Positions 37,255-48,263 of a stretch of DNA of 64,000 nt are shown here, in pieces. The position numbers were made by a program, and so were the translations under genes. The DNA is taken from positions 2,046,001-2,110,000 of the forward strand of contig NC_086118.1 in NCBI RefSeq assembly GCF_963921235.1, read 5' to 3'. How positions within the stretch are numbered: position 1 is the stretch's first letter; every line of letters begins with the position of its first letter. The stretch is from Mobula hypostoma (taxonomy: Eukaryota). The notes under the pieces were generated by a model. The model worked only from the letters and a program-made list of their open reading frames with translations. It was not told where the DNA came from and did no database searches.

Positions 37255-37365
37255 CACATCGCCATTTCCGGAAGTAGCGCGGCGCCGGGGGCGGGGCCTG
37301 ATGAAGCATTTCCGCTTCCACCCCGCCATCTTTGCGCCCTTGGAGGACACGGGAGACCGTCCTCT
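37255..37365. promoter_or_regulatory. Bidirectional CpG promoter shared by KCTD2 and ATP5PD
   Basis: Palindromic ETS TTCCGGAAG (~37266), GC box GGGGCGGGGC (~37288), YY1-type CCGCCATCTT (~37323) and CGCCATTT (~37260). Confidence 0.85.
37310..37365 (+). other. ATP5PD: ATP5PD non-coding exon 1 (TSS approximate)
   Basis: Pyrimidine-rich initiator-like start and YY1 motif; donor CT|GTGAGT at 37366. Vertebrate ATP5PD has a non-coding first exon. Confidence 0.65.
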
Positions 37366-37763
37366 GTGAGTGAGAGGTGGGGAGAGCGTGGGCGGTAAGC
37401 CGGACTGAGGGTGAACGGAGGGGAAGGGAATGGAGGAGAGGGTGGCGAGTGGGGAGAAGGATAGGGTAGGGAGTAAATGGGAAATGCAGAGAGGAGTGGG
37501 GTTGGGATTGGGGTCAAAGGGTGCAGGATGAGGGTTGAAGGTGTGTGGGTAGGAGCGAAGGCAAGTAGGATGGGGAGAGTTTTTTTGAAATTCTTTTTCC
37601 AGGATGTGAGCATCACTGACAAGACCTGCATTTATTGCTCTTCAGGTGTTAGCGAGCTACTGCCTTGATCCACTGGTTTAGGTAAACCCTGCGGATCTAG
37701 GAGTTAAAGCATTTAGATGCTGAAATTCTGGCGATATAATTCTGAACCAAGATCTTCAGGGGA

Positions 37764-37966
37764 CACACATCAAAGTTGCTGGTGAACGCAGCAGGCCAGG
37801 CAGCATCTCTAGGAACCTCTTCCTTCTGTTAGTCCTGACGAAAGGTCTCGGCCCGAAACATCGACAGTACCTCTTCCAAGAGATGCTGCCTGGCCTGCTG
37901 TGTTCACCAGCAACTTTGATGTGTGTTGCTTGAATTTCCAGCATCTGCAGAATTCCTCGTGTTTGC
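37764..37966. mobile_element. Penelope-derived fold-back insertion with perfect 13-bp TSD in ATP5PD intron 1
   Basis: TSD GATCTTCAGGGGA at 37751-37763 and 37967-37979; short inverted arm, degenerate hammerhead (CTGACGA...GAAACATC) and tail. Confidence 0.88.
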
Positions 37967-38850
37967 GATCTTCAGGGGAACTTACATTTGGTGTTCTTAT
38001 AATCTTGATACTTCTCTTCTCCTTGAGGTAATGGTACACACCTCAAATAGTGCATAGTGGTGATGGATGGCATACCAACAAATCTGTCTAGGATCTGTGT
38101 TATCCTGGATAATCATGAGTTCCTTTAACAATGCACAAGATGCTGGAGGGACTGTCAGGCGAGGGAGGGGGAAAGGGCAGGCAGAGCAGGGTTCCCCTGT
38201 GGCCATTCCCCTCAACAACAAGTATACCACATTGGATACTATTGGGGGGGGGGAATGACTTACCTGGGACAAGCTGCAGTAGCCGGATCTCTGGCACTGA
38301 GTCTGGCTCTGCAGTGCAGAAGGGAGGGGGGAAGAAGAGGAGAGCGGTAGTGATAGGGGACTCGATAGTTAGAGGTGTAGATAGGAGGTTCTGTGGTCGT
38401 GACAGAGAATCCAGGATGGTTTGTTGCTTCCTGGGTGCCAGGGTCAAGGATGTCTGTGATTGCTTGCATGACATTCTGAAGTGGGAGGGTGATCAGCCAG
38501 ATGTCGTGGTGCACATCGGTACCAATGACATAGCAAGGAAGAATGAGGAGGTCCTGGACAGTGAGTATCGAGAGCTTGGTAGGAAGTTGAAAAGCAGGAC
38601 CTCGAGGGTGGTACTCTCAGGATTGCTACCTGTGCTACATGCCAGTGAGGGTAGGAATAGGATGCTCTGGAGGAGGAACAAGTGGCTGAGGAACTGGTGT
38701 AGGGTGCAGGGTTTCGGGTTTCAGATTTCAGGATCATTGGGACCTCTTCTGGGGCAGGTGGGGCCTGTACAAGTTACACTTGAACTACAAGGGGACCAAT
38801 ATTCTTCCAGGGAGGTTTGTTAGTGCTATTGGGGAGACTTTAAACTAGAT

Positions 38851-41481
38851 TTGCAGGGGAATGGGAACCAGAGTGCCAGAGCTGACAGTGTGGCTGGGGT
38901 GAAAATAAATGATGTTGAAAGTTTATGCAAATCCGCTAATAGAAAGATTGTGAGTGGTGGTAAAAATCTTCTGAGGTGTATGTATTTCAATGCTCGGAGT
39001 ATTGCGGGGAAGGCGGATGAGTTGAGGGAGTGGATTGACACGTGGAATTATGATGTTATAGCAATTAGTGAAACTTGGCTACAGGAGGGGCAGGACTGGC
39101 AGCTTAATATTCCAGGGTTCCGATGTTTCAGATGTGATCGAGGCAGAGGAATGAAAGGTGGGGGAGTAGCTTTGCTTGTTAGGGAAAATATTACAGCAAT
39201 GCTCAGGCAGGACAGATTAGAGGGCTTGTCTACTGAGTCCTTATGGGTGGAGCTGAGAAACAGGAAAGGTATGACCACATTAGTGGGATCGTATTACAGA
39301 CCACCCAATAGTCAACGAGACTTGGAAGAGCAAATCTGCAGAGAGATAGCAGGCAACTGCAGGAAACATAAAGTTGTGGTGGTAGGGGATTTTAATTTTC
39401 CATACATTGATTGGGACTCCCATACTGTTAGGGGTCTAGAAGGTTTAGAGTTTGTAAAATGTGTTCAGGAAAGTTTTCTAAGTCAATATATAGAGGGACC
39501 AACTAGAGGGGATGCAATATTGGATCTCCTGTTAGGAAACGAGTTAGGGCAAGTGACGGAAGTCTGTGTAGGGGAGCACTTTGGTTCCAGTGATCATAAC
39601 ACCATTAGTTTCAATTTGATCATGGACAAGGATAGATCTGGTCCTAGGGTTGAGGTTCTGAACTGGAAGAAGGCCAAATTTGAAGAAATGAGAAAGGATC
39701 TAAAAAGCGTGGATTGGGACAGGTTGTTCTCTGGCAAAGATGTGATTGGTAGGTGGGAAGCCTTCAAAGGGGAAATTTTGAGAGTGCAGAGTTTGTATGT
39801 TCCTGTCAGGATTAAAGGCAAATTGAATAGGAATAAGGAACCTTGGTTCTCAAGGGATATTGCAACTCTGATAAAGAAGAAGAGGGAGTTGTATGAAATG
39901 TATAGGAAACAGGGAGTAAATCAGGTGCTTGAGGAGTATAAGAAGTGCAAGAAAATACTTAAGAAAGAAATCAGGAGGGCAAAAAGAAGACATGAGGTTG
40001 CCTTGGCAGTCAAAGTGAAGGATAATCCAAAGAGCTTTTACAAGTATATTAAGAGCAAAAGGATTGAAAGGGATAAAATTGGTCCTCTTGAAGATCAGAG
40101 TGGTCGGCTATGTGCGGAACCAAAGGAAATGAGGGAGATCTTAAATAGGTTTTTTGCATCTGTATTTACTAAGGAAACTGACATGAAGTCTATGAAATTG
40201 AGGGAATCAAGTAGTGAGATCATGGAAACTGTACAGATTGAAAAGGAGGAGGTGCTTGCTGTCTTGAGGAAAATTAAAGTGGATAAATCCCCGGGACCTG
40301 ACAGAGTGTTCCCTCAGACCTTGAAGGAGACCAGTGTTGAAATTGCGGGGGCCCTGGCAGAAATATTTAAAATGTCGCTGTCTATGGGTGAGGTGCCGGA
40401 GGATTGGAGAGTGGCTCATGTTGTTCCATTGTTTAAAAAAGGATCGAAAAGTAATCTGGGAAATTATAGGCCGGTGAGTTTAACGTCGGTAGTAGGTAAG
40501 TTATTGGAGGGAGTACGAAGGGACAGAATCTACAAGCATTTGGATAGACAGGGACTTATTAGGGAGAGTCAACATGGCTTTGTGCGTGGTAGGTCATGTT
40601 TGACCAATCTGTTGGAGTTTTTCGAGGAGGTTACCAGGAAAGTGGATGAAGGGAAGGCAGTGGATATTGTCTACATGGATTTCAGTAAGGCCTTTGACAA
40701 GGTCCCGCATGGGAGGTTAGTTAGGAAAATTCAGTCGCTAGATATACATGGAGAGGTGGTAAATTGGATTAGACATTGGCTCAATGGAAGAAGCCAAAGA
40801 GTGGTGGTAGAGAATTGCTTCTCTGAGTGGAGGCCTGAGTCTAGTGGTGTGCCACAGGGATCAGTGCTGGGTCCATTGTTATTTGTCATCTATATCAATG
40901 ATCTGGATGATAATGTGGTAAATTGGATCAGCAAATTTGCTGATGATACAAAGATTGGAGGTGTAGTAGACAGTGAGGAAGGTTTTCAGAGCCTACAGAG
41001 GGACTTGGACCAGCTGGAAAAATGGGCTGAAAAGTGGTAGATGGAGTTTAATACAGACAAGTGTGAGGTATTGCACGTTGGAAGGACAAACCAAGGTAGA
41101 GCATACAGGGTTAATGGTAAGGCACTGAGGAGTGCAGTAGAACAGAGGGATCTGGGAATACAGGTACAAAATTCCCTAAAAGTGGCGTCACAGGTAGATA
41201 GGGTGGTAAAGAGAGCTTTTGGTACATTGGCCTTTATTAATCAAAGTATTGAGTATAAGAGTTGGAATGTTATGATGAGGTTGTATAAGGCATTGGTGAG
41301 GCCGAATCTGGAGTATTGTGTTCAGTTTTGGTCACCAAATTACAGGAAGGATATAAATAAGGTTGAAAGAGTGAAGAGAAGGTTTACAAGGATGTTGCTG
41401 GGACTTGAGAAACTCAGTTACAGAGAAAGGTTGAATAAGTTAGGATTTTATTCCCTGGAGCGTAGAAGAATGAGGGGAGAT
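38851..41481 (+). pseudogene. CR1 ORF2 (APE-RT) with one premature stop, interrupted by a nested CR1
   Basis: 729-aa ORF plus in-frame continuation MEFNTDKCEV... (TGG TAG ATG where sister copies have TGG CAG ATG). Confidence 0.88.
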
Positions 41482-42356
41482 AAGAGGATGCAGAGTGACT
41501 TGGATAGGTTGGGTGAGTGGGCAAATTCGTGGCAGATGCAATTTAATGTGGATAAATGTGAAGTTATCCACTTTGGTGGCAAAAATAGGAAAACAGATTA
41601 TTATCTGAATGGTGGCCGATTAGGAAAAGGGGAGGTGCAACGAGACCTGGGTGTCATTATACACCATTGAAAGTGGGCATGCAGGTACAGCAGGCGGTGA
41701 AAAAGGCGAATGGTATGCTGGCATTTATAGCGAGAGGATTCGAGTACAGGAGCAGGGAGGTACTACTGCAGTTGTACAAGGCCTTGGTGAAACCACACCT
41801 GGAGTATTGTGTGCAGTTTTGGTCCCCTAATCTGAGGAAAGACTTCCTTGCCATGGAGGGAGTACAAAGAAGGTTCACCAGATTGATTCCTGGGATGGCA
41901 GGACTTTCATATGAAGAAAGACTGGATGAACTGGGCTTGTACTCGTTGGAATTTAGAAGATTGAGGGGGGATCTGATTGAAACGTATAAAATCCTAAAGG
42001 GATTGGACAGGCTGGATGCCGGAAGATTGTTCCCGATGTTGGGGAAGTCCAGAACAAGGGGTCACAGTTTGAGGATAAAGGGGAAGCCTTTTAGGACCGA
42101 GATTAGGAAAAACTTCTTCACACAGAGAGTGGTGAATCTGTGGAATTCTCTGCCACAGGAAACAGTTGAGGCCAGTTCATTGGCTATATTTAAGAGGGAG
42201 TTAGATATGGCCCTTGTGGCTACGGGGGTCAGGGGGTATGGAGGGAAGGCTGGGGCGGGGTTCTGAGTTGGATGATCAGCCATGATCATAATAAATGGCA
42301 GTGCAGGCTCGAAGGGCCGAATGGCCTACTCCTGCACCTATTTTCTATGTTTCTAT
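41482..42356 (+). mobile_element. Second CR1 subfamily 3' fragment nested in the CR1 above
   Basis: Host MRGD|LIEVYK is split and GAGAT is duplicated (41477-41481, 42357-42361). Near-identical to 56745-57626. Confidence 0.9.
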
Positions 42357-44049
42357 GAGATTTGATAGAGGTATATAAGATTATGATGGGTATAGATAGA
42401 GTGAATGCAAGCAGGCTTTTTCCACTGAGGCAAGGGGAGAAAAAAACCAGAGGACATGGGTTAAGGGTGAGGGGGGGGAAGGTTTAAAGGGAACATTAGG
42501 GGGGGCTTCTTCACACAGAGAGTGGTGGGAGTATGGAATGAGCTGCCAGATGAGGTGGTAAATGCGGGTTCTTTTTTAATATTTGAGAATAAATTGGACA
42601 CATACATGGATGGGAGGTGTATGGAGGGATATGGTCCGTGTGCAGGTCAGTGGGACTAGGCAGAAAATGGTTCGGCACAGCCAAGAAGGGCCAAAAGGCC
42701 TGTTTCTGTGCTGTAGTTTCTATGGTTTCTATGGAAGTATCTACAGAGGGAAATGGACAGTCGATGTTTCAGGTCAGCCCCCTTGATCTGAACATTAGCT
42801 ATCTCTACCTCCACAGATGCTGCTCGACCCCACTGAGTCCCCCCAGCATATTGTTTGTTGTTCCAGGTTTCAACATCTGCAGTCCATGCGTCTCCATTGC
42901 TGGAGCTGTTGTCATCCAGGCAGGTGCAGACTAATCCTTTCTAAACATGAACTTCCGCCTTGTTGATGTTGAGGAGACCTTGGTGTGTTAAAAAATAAGC
43001 CACTTGTGCAGGATACCCAGTCTGTGTCCTACCACAGTACTCGTATGACGAGTACAGTTGAACTGTGTTTCAGTGGTGATCCACCAGGGTATCGGTGATC
43101 CACCAGGGTATTACAGGCACTTGGCAATGGTAACGTCATTGAAAGGCAAAGGTGGGTGGCTACTCTTTAAAAAGAAATGGCCAAGAGCCAGACAATGACC
43201 ATCCCCAGCAAAAGCAATATTAATGGGACACCTTTTACATTAACATTGGAGAGTCCCTTCTGTCGGTATCTTGGGATGCTTTATTTGCAGTTTGCAAATG
43301 GAATTGAAAGCTTCTGACCCTGTACGGAATGAATTCCTGTCTAAAGCAGCTGAAAACGTTTGGGTCAAGGACAGTGTTCAGAGCTACTCCTACAGCCATA
43401 TTCTGGGGGTGGGACGGCAGAAAGAGACTTTGTGACAAGCATTTTCTGTTTTGAGGGTTGTGACTGGTCAAGCTGAAGCCATTGGGCATCAGAGTGCCTT
43501 GATATCATGGACAGCCATTCTTTCCTCACCTTCCAGTTCAATGCCCTTTCACATTTGGACCAAGGCTATGCTGAGGTCTGGGGAAGTGTGGTTCTGTTGA
43601 AACTATAAGTGGGCATGGCTGGATGGGTTACTGGCGAGTGCGTGCCACTTGACGGCCACATGAACAGCGTTTAATTGCTTTCAGAATGGACTGATTTGGT
43701 GGAAATAACCAATTGGATTTATTGTACTTGTGGTGAACAGGACATACCTGGGCATCAACTGGACTGATTCTACAGCTGGGATATTGTCTGCTTCCAAAGC
43801 CTTTGCGGCATCCCATTTCTTGTGTCATGTAGAGTGAATAGAATTGGTGAACCTTGTCTTTGGGGTGGCACAGAAGATGGGAGGAAGCAGAGAAGAATTT
43901 TCTCACACAACATTATGAATGTTTCAGACATAAGCAGATGTGTGCTGGGCTGTGCCATCAGTAAGAATGGAGAAGCTCTTGGAGCCCCATTCTTTGAGAT
44001 AGATTTGGTGGGACTGCAGAGCATTGGTGTGATGTTAAGAAATCCAAAG

Positions 44050-44680
44050 CAACACACACAAAATGCTGGAGGAACTCAGCAGGTCGGGCAGCATCTATGG
44101 GAATGAATAAACAGTCAACATTTCAGGCTGAAACCTTTCTTCATGACTGGAAAGGAAAGGGAAGGGGGCAGAATAAAAAAAGGTTGGTGGGGGGAAGGAG
44201 GACAAGCTGGAAGGCGTTAGGTGGGAAAGTTCAAGGGCTGGAGAGGAAGGAATCTGACAGAGAGGAGAGTGGACAACAGGAGAAAGGGAAGAAGGAACGG
44301 ACCTGAGGGAAATGATAGACAAGTGAGAAGAGACGGGGCGCCAGAGTTGCAAGTAGAGGAGGGGACGGGCCAGAGTGGGAAATAGAGGAGGGGAGGGGCC
44401 AGAGTGGGAAATAGAAGAGGGGAGGGGGAGATCATTTTTTTTTACTGGAAGGAGAAATTGATACTCGTGTCATGCAGTTGGAGGCTATCCAGATGGAAAA
44501 TAAGGTGTTGCTCCTCCGCCCTGAAGCTGGCCTCATCTTGCCACAAGAGGCGGCCGTGGACTGACATGTCGGGATGTAAATAGGGATCAGAATTGAAACG
44601 CTTGGTCACCAGGAAGTTCCACTTTTAACGGACGGAGCGTAGGTGCTTGACAAAGCAGTTCCCCTATGTACAATTGTCTG
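44050..44680 (-). mobile_element. Penelope-like element 3' fragment (GIY-YIG end plus pseudo-LTR)
   Basis: Reverse complement encodes decayed ...HLRSVR...DMSVHG...EEQHLIF.L.SLQ; decayed hammerhead at ~44110-44150. Confidence 0.7.
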
Positions 44681-45117
44681 GTCTGTTGTTATTGGCTGCT
44701 ATTTAGCACGTTTTGGTTAGTATCGGAGGCTTCTTCAGACCAGAGAGAGGGCAGTATGTGGAAGTCAGATACAGGTTCCTTGCCTTGTTCCCTTGTCCTC
44801 TGATAAAGATCCTGGCTTTGGGACATGCTATAAAAGTAGCTTGAGCAAGTTGTGGGTGGGACACATCGTCCTCCAGTGACGATGGGAATAAATATCTTGG
44901 AAGGGGGATGGGCCACAGATTCAGTGAGCTGCTTTATCTCAGATTTCATCAAGTTTCATGACAATCGGAGTTGTATCAGCTCAGTGTTCAAGCGTCATGC
45001 TCGTGAATTGTGGGAGGTGTTACAGTTGAAATCTGTTCCGCAGTGGCTTACAGGATGTGCCTTGAACTCCTGTGGTGAAGATTGACCTCGGACAACTGCA
45101 GCCATTGCCTTTGGTGA

Positions 45118-47515
45118 GAATGGGACACTGGACAGAGAGACACTGAGAGGAGCAGCACGGTGTGACGGACCGGGACGGTGAGGAGAGTGGGACACTGAGA
45201 GGAGCAGCACGGTGTGAGGGACCGGGACGGTGAGGAGAGTGGGACACTGGACAGAGAGACACTGAGAGGAGCAGCACGGTGTGAGGGACCGGGACGGTGA
45301 GGAGAGTGGGACACTGGACAGAGAGACACTGAGAGGAGCAGCACGGTGTGATGGACCGGGACGGTGAGGAGAGTGGGACACTGAGAGGAGCAGCACGGTG
45401 TGAGGGACCGGGACGGTGAGGAGAGTGGGGCACTGAACAGAGAGACACTGAGAGGAGCAGCACGGTGTGATGGACCGGGACGGTGAGGAGAGTGGGACAC
45501 TGGACAGAGAGACACTGAGAGGAGCAGCACGGTGAGACGGACCGGGAACGGTGAGGAGAGTGGGACACTGGACAAACACAGAGGAGCAGCACGGTGTGAC
45601 GGACCGGGACGGTGAGGAGAGTGGGGCACTGAACAGAGAGACACTGAGAGGAGCAGCACGGTGTGATGGACCGGGACGGTGAGGAGAGTGGGACACTGGA
45701 CAGAGAGACACTGAGAGGAGCAGCACGGTGAGACGGACCGGGAACGGTGAGGAGAGTGGGACACTGGACAGAGAGACACTGAGAGGAGCAGCACGGTGTG
45801 ATGGACCGGGACGGTGAGGAGAGTGGGACACTGGACAGAGAGACACTGAGAGGAGCAGCACGGTGTGAGGGACCGGGACGGTGAGGAGAGTGGGACACTG
45901 GACAGAGAGACACTGAGAGGAGCAGCACGGTGAGACGGACCGGGACGGTGAGGAGAGTGGGACACTGGACAGAGAGACACTGAGAGGAGCAGCACGGTGT
46001 GACGGACCGGGACGGTGAGGAGAGTGGGACACTGAGAGGAGCAGCACGGTGTGAGGGACCGGGACGGTGAGGAGAGTGGGACACTGGACAGAGAGACACT
46101 GAGAGGAGCAGCACGGTGTGATGGACCGGGACGGTGAGGAGAGTGGGACACTGAGAGGAGCAGCACGGTGTGAGGGACCGGGACGGTGAGGAGAGTGGGG
46201 CACTGAACAGAGAGACACTGAGAGGAGCAGCACGGTGTGATGGACCGGGACGGTGAGGAGAGTGGGACACTGGACAGAGAGACACTGAGAGGAGCAGCAC
46301 GGTGAGACGGACCGGGAACGGTGAGGAGAGTGGGACACTGGACAGAGAGACACTGAGAGGAGCAGCACGGTGTGACGGACCGGGACGGTGAGGAGAGTGG
46401 GGCACTGAACAGAGAGACACTGAGAGGAGCAGCACGGTGTGATGGACCGGGACGGTGAGGAGAGTGGGACACTGGACAGAGAGACACTGAGAGGAGCAGC
46501 ACGGTGAGACGGACCGGGAACGGTGAGGAGAGTGGGACACTGGACAGAGAGACACTGAGAGGAGCAGCACGGTGTGATGGACCGGGACGGTGAGGAGAGT
46601 GGGACACTGGACAGAGAGACACTGAGAGGAGCAGCACGGTGTGAGGGACCGGGACGGTGAGGAGAGTGGGACACTGGACAGAGAGACACTGAGAGGAGCA
46701 GCACGGTGAGACGGACCGGGACGGTGAGGAGAGTGGGACACTGGACAGAGAGACACTGAGAGGAGCAGCACGGTGTGACGGACCGGGACGGTGAGGAGAG
46801 TGGGACACTGGACAGAGAGACACTGAGAGGAGCAGCACGGTGTGACGGACAGGGACAGTGAGGAGAGTGGGACACTGAGAGGAGCAGCATGGTGTGAGGG
46901 ACCGGGACGGTGAGGAGAGTGGGGCACTGAACAGAGAGACACTGAGAGGAGCAGCACGGTGTGATGGACCGGGACGGTGAGGAGAGTGGGACACTGGACA
47001 GAGAGACACTGAGAGGAGCAGCACGGTGTGAGGGACCGGGACGGTGAGGAGAGTGGGACACTGGACAGAGAGACACTGAGAGGAGCAGCACGGTGTGACG
47101 GACCGGGACGGTGAGGAGAGTGGGACACTGGACAGAGAGACACTGAGAGGAGCAGCACGGTGTGAGGGACCGGGACGGTGAGGAGAGTGGGACACTGGAC
47201 AAACACAGAGGAGCAGCACGGTGTGACGGACCGGGACAGTGAGGAGAGTGGGTCACTGGACAGAGAGACACTGAGAGGAGCAGCACGGTGTGACGGACCG
47301 GGACGGTGAGGAGAGTGGGACACTGGACAGAGAGACACTGAGAGGAGCCGCACGGTGTGACGGACCGGGACAGTGAGGAGAGTGGGACACTGGACAGAGA
47401 GACACTGAGAGGAGCCGCACGGTGTGACGGACCGGGACAGTGAGGAGAGTGGGACACTGGACAGAGAGACACTGAGAGGAGCCGCACGGTGTGACGGATC
47501 GGGACAGTGAGGAGA
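45118..47515 (+). repeat. Purine-rich minisatellite, 67-bp unit with 52-bp variant, ~37 copies
   Basis: Unit AGTGGGACACTGGACAGAGAGACACTGAGAGGAGCAGCACGGTGTGACGGACCGGGACGGTGAGGAG. Confidence 0.97.
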
Positions 47516-48030
47516 GCTGACTTCGGGTTGGGTAGCAAGGGGCTGGTTTGAGTGAAGTTGAGCTGTGAGAGAGTTTTTGTCCAGATGTGGGGGTTGTTGG
47601 ATAAAGATGTTTCAGCTATATTTGGGCAGATAAATTGAAGGTTGTGCAGCTGATAGTTTAACACTGTTACAGTGTCAGCACCTGGGATCAATACCATCGC
47701 CACATGTAAGGAGTTTGTAGTGTATGCTCTCCCTGTGACACTGTGGGTTTCCTTTGACTGCTGTGGTGTCCTCCCACATTCCAACGACGTTGGTCACGTA
47801 GGTGTAATGGGGCGGTGCGAGCTTATTAGGCCATAAGGGCTGATCTCTAAATAAATGTGGGAGCAGCAGAGAAAATCATTTAGCTTCAGCCTCAATGAAG
47901 TTGGTTGTGTTAGCAGAGCAGTGCTTCTGTATGTAGGTGCTATTGTAAGGGATTCTCCCGCACAGTCACAGGAATACTTCAGTTTCCCTGGTGTCACACT
48001 GATTTTCTTCTGGTCCTCCAGACAGCAAGG

Positions 48031-48152
48031 ATGTCGAGCCGAAGAGTTGCCATGAAAGCAGTTGACTGGTTGGCATTTGGCGAGCGGGTCCCGCCCAACC
48101 AGAGAGCCATGTTCAATGCCCTAAAGACTCGAACTGATGCCCTGACTAGCAG
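48031..48152 (+). CDS. ATP5PD: ATP5PD exon 2 CDS (MSSRRVAMKAVDWLAFGERVPPNQRAMFNALKTRTDALTS-R)
   Basis: Acceptor tcctccag at ~48021; 122 nt to donor AG|gtgagt. Subunit d N-terminus (KAVDWLAF.ERVP). Confidence 0.96.
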
Positions 48153-48263
48153 GTGAGTGTCTGTAACTAAATACACTTCTGGTTCACAGATGTAAACTCA
48201 CAGCCAGCTAATCTTGTCACTCCAACAAAGAAAAATTTTGACATCCCCACCCCAGTTAATATA

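Larger units (their letters stand above)
38150..42732 (+). mobile_element. Near full-length CR1 LINE (esterase ORF1 plus ORF2) in ATP5PD intron 1
   Basis: ORF1 VIGDSIVRG/HIGTND; ORF2 38851-41040 (APE+RT, FADD), continuing in frame after one TAG at 41038-41040; tail (tttctatgg)n. Confidence 0.95.

Noticed and set aside
36991-37350. 119-aa ORF as the KCTD2 first exon
   Set aside because: It begins at a non-ATG codon and reads through the splice donor at 37053. The MAE start at 37254 fits the family better.
44995-47784. Three long minus-strand ORFs (929, 777 and 723 aa)
   Set aside because: They result from a minisatellite lacking minus-strand stop codons; all three frames are open with the same low-complexity repeat, antisense within an intron.
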